Part shown: positions 46,513-55,388 of the stretch, piece after piece
Layout of the letters: each line of letters opens with the position of its first letter
How positions within the stretch are numbered: the stretch's first letter is position 1
NCBI GenBank assembly: GCA_963818365.1
Contig: CAWFRT010000005.1
Location: 4,920 to 68,919 of the forward strand
Origin: an uncultured Actinomycetota bacterium
GTDB taxonomy: Bacteria; Actinomycetota; Actinomycetes; Propionibacteriales; Nocardioidaceae
Direction of reading: 5' to 3'
Length of the DNA stretch: 64,000 nucleotides
The notes under the pieces: model-generated
Told to the model about the DNA's origin: nothing
What the model saw: the letters and a program-made list of their open reading frames with translations, nothing else
The model's database searches: none
Made by a program: the position numbers and the translations under genes

Positions 46513-47480
46513 CGGCTGCTCGCAAGAGAGTCGGCCAGCACGATGGTGGTCCCGACGCCGCGCGAATCGTCAGCAGTGGAGTCCAAGGCGTCCGCCACCA
46601 GTTCGGGCGAAGTGATGATCGCTCGCCTGCCGCCGTTGCGGACAAAGCTGATCGCCGCGCGCACTTTGGGGCCCATCGAGCCCTCCGGGAACTGGCCTTC
46701 GTCGAGGTAGCGCTCGGCTTCCACACTGGTGATGACGTCCAGATATCTGACTGTCGGCTTGCCGAAGTCGATCGCCACCTTCTCCACACCCGTGACCAAC
46801 ACCAAGGTATCAGCGCCGATGGAGGAGGCAACCTGCTCGGCGGCGTAGTCCTTGTCAACGACGGCGTCCACGCCGACGTAGCCATCCACGCGAGAAACCA
46901 CCGGGATCCCGCCGCCGCCAGCGGCAATCACGACCGCGCCAGAGTTCACCAGGGTGCGGATCGCGGCGCTTTCGACGATCGAGATCGGTCTCGGGGAGGG
47001 TACGACGCGACGCCAGCCGCGACCCGAATCCTCAACCATCGTCCAACCACGATCGGTTGTGAGCGTCTTCACCTGATCCTCGCTGAAGAACGGTCCAATT
47101 GGCTTAGTTGGCCGGGTGAAAGCAGGATCATCGGCGGCAACCACGGTGTGGGTGACCACTGCCACCGCCTCGACTTGGCCGTGCGAGGCGCGGCGCAAAG
47201 AGAGGGCAATCATGCTGCCAAGGTAGGCCTCGGTCATGGCGCCAAGGGTGAAGAGCGGCTGAGCCGGGACCAAGTCAGCACCCTCTTCCTGCTGAATCGC
47301 CAACGAGCCGACCTGTGGTCCGTTTCCATGCACGACCGCAACATTCCAGCCTGACTGGATGAGGTGGTTGATGCCGTGGGCCATGGCGAGGGAGTTGATC
47401 TCCTGCTCGTCGTACGTCCCGCGTTGACCCTCCTTGGTGAAGGCGTTGCCGCCCAGGGCGACCACCACAGAACGACGCAT
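46509..47480 (-). CDS. Carbamate kinase
   Basis: VVALGGNA, HGNGPQVG, PTKPIGPF, RRVVPSP, GGGGIP, DAVVDKD, GSMGPK. Confidence 0.95.
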   Translation of the reverse strand: MRRSVVVALGGNAFTKEGQRGTYDEQEINSLAMAHGINHLIQSGWNVAVVHGNGPQVGSLAIQQEEGADLVPAQPLFTLGAMTEAYLGSMIALSLRRASHGQVEAVAVVTHTVVAADDPAFTRPTKPIGPFFSEDQVKTLTTDRGWTMVEDSGRGWRRVVPSPRPISIVESAAIRTLVNSGAVVIAAGGGGIPVVSRVDGYVGVDAVVDKDYAAEQVASSIGADTLVLVTGVEKVAIDFGKPTVRYLDVITSVEAERYLDEGQFPEGSMGPKVRAAISFVRNGGRRAIITSPELVADALDSTADDSRGVGTTIVLADSLASSR

Positions 47481-47552
47481 TTGCGGGCCTTTCAGTTCAC
47501 TTGGCCGACGGGATTCGGCTGGCTAAACGCCGCATCTCAGGGATCGAAAGTG

Positions 47553-47588
47553 TTGGACAATACGACGTTGACGTTTACTATAGTAAAC
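47553..47588 (+). promoter_or_regulatory. Promoter (TTGGAC-17-TACTAT) with perfect 16-bp operator palindrome, copy 4; probably a leaderless mRNA
   Basis: GTTTACTATAGTAAAC at 47573-47588, immediately before ATG 47589. Confidence 0.7.
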
Positions 47589-47966
47589 ATGACGGAAGAA
47601 GCGGTGCAAGCAACAGACGCCCCCGCACCCATCGATCCACGTCGTATCGCCGAGACGCTCAAAGTGGCGCGTTGGCGCGAAGCCGAGGACCGGGTCTACC
47701 CCCTGGTGATGGTGGATCCCGCGCTTTATCAGGCGGCGGTGGCAGCCGTCGCAAAAATTTGTGAAGTGGTTCGAGAACGAGGTCTTTCGCGCGCTGAGTT
47801 GCTGGCACTGAACAGCCACGAAGTTGCCGCCAGCGTCTTAGTTGACCCCGAGCTCTATCAGCAGGTGACCGGGCTCAACGGCTCGGCTGGTTTGTCTGCT
47901 GCCACCCTCGTCGAGGCTGCCCTCGCCCAAGTCGCGTCCTTCACACCCTCAGGAGATACCCCATGA
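47589..47966 (+). CDS. Hypothetical protein heading the radical SAM operon
   Basis: RWREAEDRVYPLVMVDPALY; ATGA overlap with the radical SAM gene. Confidence 0.7.
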   Translation: MTEEAVQATDAPAPIDPRRIAETLKVARWREAEDRVYPLVMVDPALYQAAVAAVAKICEVVRERGLSRAELLALNSHEVAASVLVDPELYQQVTGLNGSAGLSAATLVEAALAQVASFTPSGDTP

Positions 47967-49108
47967 GCCAGCAGGTCTCTGACGTCATTCCCACCACGCT
48001 GGGCGAGTTGATCGCCGACCTGCAAGCAGTGGGCATGCGGACTCGGAGTGAGGTCGAGCGTCGAGTTGGTGGGGCCGGACCTACTGATGTCGGGATGTTT
48101 TGGGTCGAGGGGATTGGCGTCACGATTCCCACCACGAGCAACGAGGCCAAGCACTCGCCGTACTCCTTGGAGGTCGAAGACGAGGGTACGGCGATCTATC
48201 GCGACGGTGTTCGGCTGGCCTCGGCGCACGGCGAGCGGCGGCCCAAGTTTTATGACCTGGAAACTGCCGACGGGGTTCCCTACTGGCAGATCGCACTCCT
48301 CCATCTCGACTCGTTGGCCAGCACCGTCGTCCAGCACTGTTCCTACTGGGGGAACGCCGATCAGTGCGGCTTCTGCGGGATCGGCCTGTCGCTGGATTCG
48401 GGGCGGACGATCGTCAAGAAGTCGCCAGCTCAGTTGGCCGAGGTTGCGGTCGCCGCGCGTGACCTGGATGGTGCCGTGGATGCGACGCTCACGACCGGGT
48501 CATCGAATGGCCGCGATCGTGGGGCGTTGTACGTCGCGAAGTGTGGGCAGGCGGTCAAGGAGGCCGCTGGTTTGCCGGTCGAGGTGCAGTTTGAGCCGCC
48601 GTTCGACCTCGACGTGATTAACCAGGTCGGCGGCATGGGGATCGACTCGGTCGGCATCCACATCGAAACTTTTGATCCTGCGGTGTTGGCGCGGGTGGCT
48701 CCTGGGAAGTTCCGGACCGGCATGGAGCGCTACTTCGAGGCGTGGGAGCGGGCGGTGTCAGTCTTCGGCTCGGGCCAGGTGTCGACGTACGTCATTCTGG
48801 GGATGGGTGAGGACCCTGAACTCACTATCGAAGGCTGCAAGCGAGCCGTCGACATCGGCGTCTATCCCTTCATCGTGCCGATCCGGCCGGTGGTCGGGAG
48901 CCTGCTCGAAGACATCGTCCCGCCGACCTCGGACTACACCGAACCGATCTATCGCAAGGTCGCGACCTACATGGCTGAGCGCGGCATGGACGCTTCGCAG
49001 GTCTCGGCTGGGTGCGCGCGTTGCCAGGCGTGTTCGGCGATCAACTCGATGAAGACGGACACGCCTTTGGTGTTGCTTGGCCCAACCCGGACGGCTGAGA
49101 GCGCCTGA
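47963..49108 (+). CDS. MSMEG_0568-family (NitD-type) radical SAM protein
   Basis: IALLHLDSLASTV, CSYWGNADQCGFC (Cx8Cx2C), TLTTG, GIHIE, STYVILGMGE, C-terminal GCARCQACS. Confidence 0.92.
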   Translation: MSQQVSDVIPTTLGELIADLQAVGMRTRSEVERRVGGAGPTDVGMFWVEGIGVTIPTTSNEAKHSPYSLEVEDEGTAIYRDGVRLASAHGERRPKFYDLETADGVPYWQIALLHLDSLASTVVQHCSYWGNADQCGFCGIGLSLDSGRTIVKKSPAQLAEVAVAARDLDGAVDATLTTGSSNGRDRGALYVAKCGQAVKEAAGLPVEVQFEPPFDLDVINQVGGMGIDSVGIHIETFDPAVLARVAPGKFRTGMERYFEAWERAVSVFGSGQVSTYVILGMGEDPELTIEGCKRAVDIGVYPFIVPIRPVVGSLLEDIVPPTSDYTEPIYRKVATYMAERGMDASQVSAGCARCQACSAINSMKTDTPLVLLGPTRTAESA

Positions 49109-49581
49109 TGAATGCGTCGAGTTCGGCAGCGGCGGCACCCGAGGTGTCGTGTCGAGCAGCGTCGACCTTGGCTGAACTCCAGGCGCATCGGGCGGTTCGC
49201 CATGCCGTGTTTGTCGTCGAGCAAGAGATCTTTGCAGGCGACGACATCGACGAACACGACGATGATCCACGCACGGTGCACGTCGTCGGCATGATTGGCG
49301 ACCAACCTGGCGGCGCAGTGCGGCTCTATCCCCTCGATGACGAGGGCGCACGTTGGCAGGGCGACCGACTCGCCGTACTCCCTGAGTTTCGGGCAGCTGG
49401 CCTCGGTGGACCACTGGTGAAGTACGCCGTTGCGACGGCGGCTGCTGCCGGTGGGACTCACATGGTTGCCCACATCCAGACCCCCAACGTGCGGTTCTTC
49501 GAATACCTCGGCTGGGAGGCCGACGGGGAGCAGGAAATCTACGTCGGTCGAACCCATCAGCCGATGATCATCCGCTGGTAG
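49108..49581 (+). CDS. MSMEG_0567/Sll0786-type (NitE) GNAT acetyltransferase
   Basis: RHAVFVVEQ, GAVRLYP, WQGDRLAV, AHIQTPNVRFFEYLGW. Confidence 0.9.
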   Translation: MNASSSAAAAPEVSCRAASTLAELQAHRAVRHAVFVVEQEIFAGDDIDEHDDDPRTVHVVGMIGDQPGGAVRLYPLDDEGARWQGDRLAVLPEFRAAGLGGPLVKYAVATAAAAGGTHMVAHIQTPNVRFFEYLGWEADGEQEIYVGRTHQPMIIRW

Positions 49582-49593
49582 ACCCCCCCGCGC

Positions 49594-49677
49594 GAGGAGT
49601 CACGAAATCCCGCCGAGAAGTCGCGCGGACTGGCCGAGGAGTCACGAAATCTGGCCCAAGAGTCACGAGGTCTAGGC
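49594..49677 (+). repeat. 21-bp periodic array, four units
   Basis: GAGGAGTCAC-type cores at 49594, 49615, 49636 and 49657. Confidence 0.85.
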
Positions 49678-49749
49678 GATGACGACACACTCGATCCCGG
49701 CGCTCAACCTGGTCGGTGCGTCGGCGAAGCTGCGGCTCGCTGCGGTTGC

Positions 49750-49860
49750 GCCCAATCCACGTGACTCCTCGCGCGGATTTCGTGACTCCTCACCCAATCC
49801 ACGTGACTCCTCGACGCAACTACGTGACTCGTCGGCCGAATTACGTGACTCCTCACCCGA
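49750..49860 (-). repeat. 21-bp periodic array, five units, inverted
   Basis: GTGACTC(C/G)TC at 49761, 49782, 49803, 49824 and 49845. Confidence 0.88.
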
Positions 49861-52800
49861 TGCGGCCAGTGCGGGTGCGCCAAAGCGCGGGAAGCCGGCC
49901 ATCGGCGAGGAACTTGGCGCGGCGTTCGACTGGCAACGCATCAGCCAGACGCAAGATCGCCGCCCAAGACTCAGCCTCGCCGCCCAGTTGAGCGACTAAT
50001 TGATCCGAGCCCAATTCACCGGCCTTGACGGCCGCCTCTTCAGTGCTGCCGAGGTGGGATAGTGCGAGCGCTTCATACTTCCTCGAGGAGTTCGCTCGCG
50101 CCAGCACCAATAGTTCTTCCGCTCGCGGCGGCTCGAATCGGGCCTGCATCTCCAGCAACCGCATGTGTGCCCGAGCCCGGAAGGGCAGCGGTACCTCCAA
50201 GAACGCAAATGCCCGCTCGACCCGAGACCCAGCGCTATCGAAATCGCCAACGACGAGTTCACACTCCGCCAACGCCAGCACGGCGTGCAAGCCCTGCTCC
50301 AATTCCAGCGCGCCACCGCCGCGTTCGGCCGAGGCAACCGCCCGCTCAGCCACCATCTGGGCCTGCGCATGCTCGCCCAACTCGCGCCACAACCACGACG
50401 TCGTCGTGTCGATCCCAGCGCTGTAGTAGTCGGTGCCGTGGTCATCAATCAGCTTCCGGGCACGCTGGAGACTGCGCAACGCCCCCTCAAAGTCACCCGT
50501 GTCACCCAGTGAAAGTGCCGTAAAGAACAGTGATTGCAGCAGGGAACGGAAGAGCCCGTTGGAGCGACACAGAACGATCGCCTGTGCGAGAGTACGACGG
50601 GCCTCGTCGAAGCGGTCGACGTGTTGCAACACCGCGCCCCGAAAGGTCAGCGCCTGCGCGGCAATCTCATCATCGGGCCGTTCGGAAATCACCTGCTCGT
50701 AGGCCTCGGCCGCCCCCCGATAATCGCCATCCCAGTGACGCACTCGACCCAGCAGCAGGGCAGCCGAGCGAGGTGCGCCCGGCGCAGCCGCGGCTGCCTC
50801 GGCCAGCCGGGTCGCTCGGTCGGCCAGGTCAGCAGCAGTCATGGCATCACGAGCAAATAGCGCCGTCCATCCCAACTGCTCCAAAGCGCGGGCTTCTAAC
50901 ACGTCGTCATACAGCGATCGGGCAATCTCCAGCGCGCGCTCCTGGTCGTCGTGCGCATCCTGATAGCGACCCAACTCGCTGCGGATCTGGCCTCGACGGA
51001 GCAGCGTGTCGGCCAGCGCGGGCGGATCTTCGACGTGCTCGGCTGCGTGGAGCGCCAAACCCAGCAGCCGCTCGGCCTCGACATTCGACAACGCTTGATG
51101 CGCGAGCTCACCGGCCGAGCGCCAGGCTCGAGCCGCTTCGGGCCAGGCCTCCGCGGCTGCCCAATGGCGAGCTGCGGCCTCAGGCTGGCCGCTCATCACC
51201 AACGCGGCGCGGCGATGGCGGTTGATCCGGGTCGGCTCGGGAATTTGTCGATAGAGGACTTCGCGCAAGATCGTGTTGGAGAAGCCAAAACTTGTGCGAT
51301 GAGTGATCAGCAATTGCGCACGCAGCGCAGCCTTCAGCAGCGAGGCGCAATCCTCCACCCGCATCTGGCCCAACCCAGAGACCTCGTCGAGAGTGAACTT
51401 GTTGCCAAATACTGCGCCCAGTTGGAGCACTTCAATCACGTCCGGCGGTACGACGCCCAGCCGTGCTGTGATCGCGGCCCGCAGCGAGTCGGGCAGAGGC
51501 ACCGAATCGGCGTCCTGATTGAGCGTCTGCCCATGCCTGACCAACTCGGCCAAGTAGAGCGGGGAACCGTTGGTGAGCGCCAACATTCGCGCCGGATCCT
51601 GACTGGAGTTATGCAGGCGTAGGTAGGCCGACACCCCCGCCAGATCGAACTCCCGAGGCTCGACGATGCGCGCCGTACCCCCCAAGATCCCAACGATCCG
51701 ATCCCCGTCGGAGGCCAGCGCCGAGCCCACAATCAACAGCCGATGTCCCTCGGCGCGTTGCGCCAAGAAGGCCAGCGCCTCCAGGGTGGCGTCGCTTGCG
51801 TTGTGTAGCGATTCGACCACGAGCAGGAGGGGTTCTTGCCGCGCCAACCCAAGGAGTACGCCGGCCAATGACTCGAGCACGCGCCGGTGATGTGTCTCCG
51901 GGAGATAGTGGTCGTAGTCGACCGGACCGAGAATCGCCGTGATGTCGGGGATCAGGTCGGTCAGCGGAGCTGCCCACTCGCGGAGCAACTCCCGCACCTC
52001 TGCCGGTGGACGCCCGAGCAGGACCGGACGCATGACATCCACCAGGGGCTGAAGAAAGAGCGATCGTTCGGACTCGCGGCACGTCGTACGCAACACCTGA
52101 GCACCCGACGCCTGCGCCCGCGCCACCACGTGATCGACCAGCACGCGCTTGCCCACCCCGACCGTGCCCAACACCAAACTCAGTCCTCCGTGGCCGGACA
52201 CGGTTGCTGACCAATGACCGATCAGCGCCTCAATCTCGGCCTCACGGCTCACCAGCGTTGAGTCGCTGCCGCTGCGCCGGGCCCGCGCGGTGACAGGGGT
52301 AGGCGGAAGGTCGGTGTGCAAGATCGCGAGGTAGAGCGACTGAGTTGTGCCGGCAGGATCGATGCCAAGCGAGTCAGCCAACGTCGTGCGCAGGCGCTCA
52401 TAGACCTGCAGCGCGGCGGCGGGCCGATCCGACTGTGCGTAGGCCGTCATTAGCGCACGGCAGGCATCCTCATCGAGAGGGTCATCATCGAGCGCGGCGG
52501 CCGCGCTGGCCTCGGCGGCGGGGAAGTCTGCGCAGGCCAAAGCCGCCGTCCAACGCAACGACCGGGCCCGGCGCAACAGCCGCCCACCGACCGCTCGGGT
52601 TTGGGTCACCCACTCGCTGTCAGCCTCGTCTGCCAAGACTGGGCCCGCCTGCAGAATCGTTTCGGCGGTGCCGGCGGCGTGCTCGGCCAGTCCGTACGAC
52701 GACGCGGCCAACTCCTCCTCGGCCACCGCGCAGCGAGCCTCGGCTTCAGCCAGATCGACCCGCAGCGCCTCGGAAGTGACCAGCGTGTAGCCGCTGGCGT

Positions 52801-53059
52801 CCCCCCTGATGGCCTCTGCTCCCAGCAACTTTCGGAGTCGGCTCACCAGGGCGGCAACGTTTCGCTCGGCCCGCGCCGGCGCGGCGGCCGGCCACACCGC
52901 TTCAATCAGGCTTGACATGGTGACGTTCTGGTCGTGACTGGTCGCTAGCCGTTTGAGCAAACGGGCTTCTTGGCCCCCAGGGGAGGGTCGAGTGAGACCC
53001 TCGATGGCGAACGCGCCAACAAGACGCAGGGTGTGCGCGGTGGGATGCGGAGTGGTCAC
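49853..53059 (-). CDS. Large BTAD/SARP-type regulator with AAA ATPase and TPR-like repeats
   Basis: N-terminal wHTH, DPLDEDACRALM (BTAD), LVSREAE, degenerate P-loop GTVGVGK, TNGSPLYLAE. Confidence 0.88.
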   Translation of the reverse strand: MTTPHPTAHTLRLVGAFAIEGLTRPSPGGQEARLLKRLATSHDQNVTMSSLIEAVWPAAAPARAERNVAALVSRLRKLLGAEAIRGDASGYTLVTSEALRVDLAEAEARCAVAEEELAASSYGLAEHAAGTAETILQAGPVLADEADSEWVTQTRAVGGRLLRRARSLRWTAALACADFPAAEASAAAALDDDPLDEDACRALMTAYAQSDRPAAALQVYERLRTTLADSLGIDPAGTTQSLYLAILHTDLPPTPVTARARRSGSDSTLVSREAEIEALIGHWSATVSGHGGLSLVLGTVGVGKRVLVDHVVARAQASGAQVLRTTCRESERSLFLQPLVDVMRPVLLGRPPAEVRELLREWAAPLTDLIPDITAILGPVDYDHYLPETHHRRVLESLAGVLLGLARQEPLLLVVESLHNASDATLEALAFLAQRAEGHRLLIVGSALASDGDRIVGILGGTARIVEPREFDLAGVSAYLRLHNSSQDPARMLALTNGSPLYLAELVRHGQTLNQDADSVPLPDSLRAAITARLGVVPPDVIEVLQLGAVFGNKFTLDEVSGLGQMRVEDCASLLKAALRAQLLITHRTSFGFSNTILREVLYRQIPEPTRINRHRRAALVMSGQPEAAARHWAAAEAWPEAARAWRSAGELAHQALSNVEAERLLGLALHAAEHVEDPPALADTLLRRGQIRSELGRYQDAHDDQERALEIARSLYDDVLEARALEQLGWTALFARDAMTAADLADRATRLAEAAAAAPGAPRSAALLLGRVRHWDGDYRGAAEAYEQVISERPDDEIAAQALTFRGAVLQHVDRFDEARRTLAQAIVLCRSNGLFRSLLQSLFFTALSLGDTGDFEGALRSLQRARKLIDDHGTDYYSAGIDTTTSWLWRELGEHAQAQMVAERAVASAERGGGALELEQGLHAVLALAECELVVGDFDSAGSRVERAFAFLEVPLPFRARAHMRLLEMQARFEPPRAEELLVLARANSSRKYEALALSHLGSTEEAAVKAGELGSDQLVAQLGGEAESWAAILRLADALPVERRAKFLADGRLPALWRTRTGRIG

Positions 53060-53164
53060 GAGCCGTCCTGAAACTACGAGATCACGATGTCGAGAGAATC
53101 TTCAGTATTGCTGGGCTTTCAATTGCTGTCACCGACTGGTCGATCCTGCCGGCGAGGTTTACGG

Positions 53165-53578
53165 CTAGGGCGCGACACCCAGTGTGGACAGCACAGCCCG
53201 GAGATAGGCCAGTTCGGCGCTGGTCTCGACATGGCGGGAGCTATCTGTCAGCGTCACGGCATACCCCTCCGCCGGAGGCGGCAAGGATTCCAAACTCACA
53301 AACTGCGCGCCAAGGAGTTCGCGCAGTTGGTGCTCCCAGGGCAACCAGACGACCTCGTCGGCATCGATCGAGTCCAGCGCCCACTCGGTCGTGCCGTTGA
53401 AACGGATCAGCCGACCGGTGGGAAGTTGTTGTACCTCGATGGTCATGTCGGCGATGACGAAGACCTGATCCAGGTCGCGTCCGGGGATGGAGAAGCGATC
53501 ACCGGGGGTGGGCTCCCAGCCTTGTCCGGCGGTCCGCAGCAGATGGGCGAGTTGGGTGGCCTGTTCGACAGCGATCAC
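53165..53578 (-). CDS. Conserved actinobacterial hypothetical protein
   Basis: WEPTPGDRF, FNGTTEWALDS, LPWEHQLRELLG; this family is often mislabelled CpaE. Confidence 0.7.
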   Translation of the reverse strand: MIAVEQATQLAHLLRTAGQGWEPTPGDRFSIPGRDLDQVFVIADMTIEVQQLPTGRLIRFNGTTEWALDSIDADEVVWLPWEHQLRELLGAQFVSLESLPPPAEGYAVTLTDSSRHVETSAELAYLRAVLSTLGVAP

Positions 53579-53712
53579 GGACTCATTGTGTCGTGCCGAT
53601 AAAGCCTCGAATTGCTTGTGCACCCAGAGCGTCAGGCTTACCCTTAGCGAGTGCGTATAACGAAACTCGAAGCATAATGCGCAACACAGGCGCCGAGACA
53701 TCGAAGGAGACG

Positions 53713-54528
53713 ATGCGCCGTCTCCTCGAGCATGCTCGCTATGAAGTGTTGCCGACCAAGACCATCGAGCAGAAGTTGCTGGACGGGGTGCCCACCGCTG
53801 TCCAGATCACCGTGACCGCCTCCCCGTCGGCTGGCCTTGAGACGACGCTTGCGATGACCGAGACACTCTCCGGCCACGGGTACGACGTCGTACCCCACCT
53901 CGCGGCGCGGATGGTGACCGGCCGCACTGAACTAGAAGAAATCGTCGCGCGCCTGCAAGCCGCTGGCGTCACGAGCATCTTCGTGCCAGGCGGCGATGCT
54001 CAGGCTGCGGGCGACTATGCCGACGCGCTCGCGTTGCTCGAGGATCTGACCGCGCTCGGATCGCCTTTCAAACACGTCGGCGTGACTGGCTATCCCGAAT
54101 CACACCCCACCATCAGCGATGACCTGACGGTGCAGTCGATGTGGGACAAGCGCAAACACGCGACACATGTCGTGAGCAACCTGACCTTTGATCCGGCGAT
54201 GATTCGCAACTGGCTTCATCGCCTGCGCACCCGTGGGGTGACGATGCCCCTGCTCCTCGGCCTACCCGGCCCCATCGATCGCGCCAAGTTGCTCTCGATG
54301 GCCACCAAAATCGGCATTGGCGAATCCACCAAATTCTTGGTCAAGCAGAAGGGCATCATGGCTCGGCTGGCCGCCCCGGGCGGCTTTACTGGTGAGAAAT
54401 TCCTGGAGAAGTGCGCGCCCGTGTTGGGGGAGCCGGGCGCTCTAGTCGAGGGCCTCCACCTTTACACCTTCAATCAGGTTGCCGAAACCGAGGTCTGGCG
54501 CCAAGACCTCCTCAACCGCCTCTCCTGA
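53713..54528 (+). CDS. metF: Methylenetetrahydrofolate reductase family
   Basis: YEVLP, TVTASP, VPHLAAR, GGD, GYPESHP, GLHLYTFNQ; AAGGAG RBS. Confidence 0.88.
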   Translation: MRRLLEHARYEVLPTKTIEQKLLDGVPTAVQITVTASPSAGLETTLAMTETLSGHGYDVVPHLAARMVTGRTELEEIVARLQAAGVTSIFVPGGDAQAAGDYADALALLEDLTALGSPFKHVGVTGYPESHPTISDDLTVQSMWDKRKHATHVVSNLTFDPAMIRNWLHRLRTRGVTMPLLLGLPGPIDRAKLLSMATKIGIGESTKFLVKQKGIMARLAAPGGFTGEKFLEKCAPVLGEPGALVEGLHLYTFNQVAETEVWRQDLLNRLS

Positions 54529-54544
54529 CCTGATTCCAAAGAGC

Positions 54545-54584
54545 GGGGAGTCCTTGGTTCACCTGGTGCGCCACAGACTCCCCC
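54545..54584. repeat. Degenerate palindrome sharing the family-P centre
   Basis: GGGGAGTC...CACCTGGTGCGC...GACTCCCC. Confidence 0.45.
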
Positions 54585-54603
54585 ATCTTTCGGGATTTCG
54601 CGG

Positions 54604-55113
54604 CTAACCCTGTCGGCGGGCGTAGGCAAACGTCATCTTCGCTCCCCGGCAGGTCTGCAGGGTGAGGTCGCCATGGATCAGGCCGTCGCTGCTTCCGCTC
54701 TTGCGGTTAATAACGTCGCGCGCATAGACCCGATACTTCAGGACCTTGCCCTTGGGTGTCGTGACGGTGATCTTCGAGCCGATCGGCAGCCACTTGTCCC
54801 ACCGCCAAAATCCGCAGCGATCGTGTCCGGCCAGCCAGGCGGGTTGGTCCGAATTTCCTGGCAATGAACCCCAGAACAAGGTGGCCTTGCAGCGGTTGAT
54901 CGTCGCTTGGCCGCCGCGGCTAATCGGCTTTGACCATCCCCGAACTTTCACCTGCCAGCGCTGTCTTCCCGCTCGGCTGGCGACCGGCTCCGTGGAGTCG
55001 AGCGGGAGCTGTACGACGGCAGGTGCAGTTGGCACGCCTGTGGTCTCCGCAGGCGCCACCGAGACGAGAAATCCACCGACGAGGACCGTGGCCACAATGA
55101 GGATTCGACGCAT
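54604..55113 (-). CDS. Exported sortase-fold protein (class F-like)
   Basis: Signal peptide, WLAGHD and LTLQTC catalytic-type motifs. Confidence 0.65.
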   Translation of the reverse strand: MRRILIVATVLVGGFLVSVAPAETTGVPTAPAVVQLPLDSTEPVASRAGRQRWQVKVRGWSKPISRGGQATINRCKATLFWGSLPGNSDQPAWLAGHDRCGFWRWDKWLPIGSKITVTTPKGKVLKYRVYARDVINRKSGSSDGLIHGDLTLQTCRGAKMTFAYARRQG

Positions 55114-55388
55114 GGCGCAGTACCTCTCACGACGAGGCGAACGTCGCGGCTCACGCATCCCCCCACTGTGCTGAGACCCCGAAGGTCGCCAGTGGGCAAT
55201 CACTAGGAAAGGTAGCCGAGCCAGCCGCCCAACACAGCCGAATGGGAAAACTGGGCCGATCGAGGCGAAATCCCATGCCGTGGCCTAATTCAGTCGCCGC
55301 GCGTAGATAAACGTCGTTTGCGATCCGCGGAACATGCGGAAACGGCCATCTGGGCACGAGCATATGGTGGAAGAGCGGAGGGGTTTCT

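Noticed and set aside
26420-49860. 21-bp arrays as mini-CRISPRs
   Set aside because: The core is 10 nt and the variable part 11 nt, the variable parts are related to each other, and there are no cas genes
53165-53578. Tad pilus protein CpaE
   Set aside because: Too short, no ATPase or receiver motifs, and no tad genes nearby
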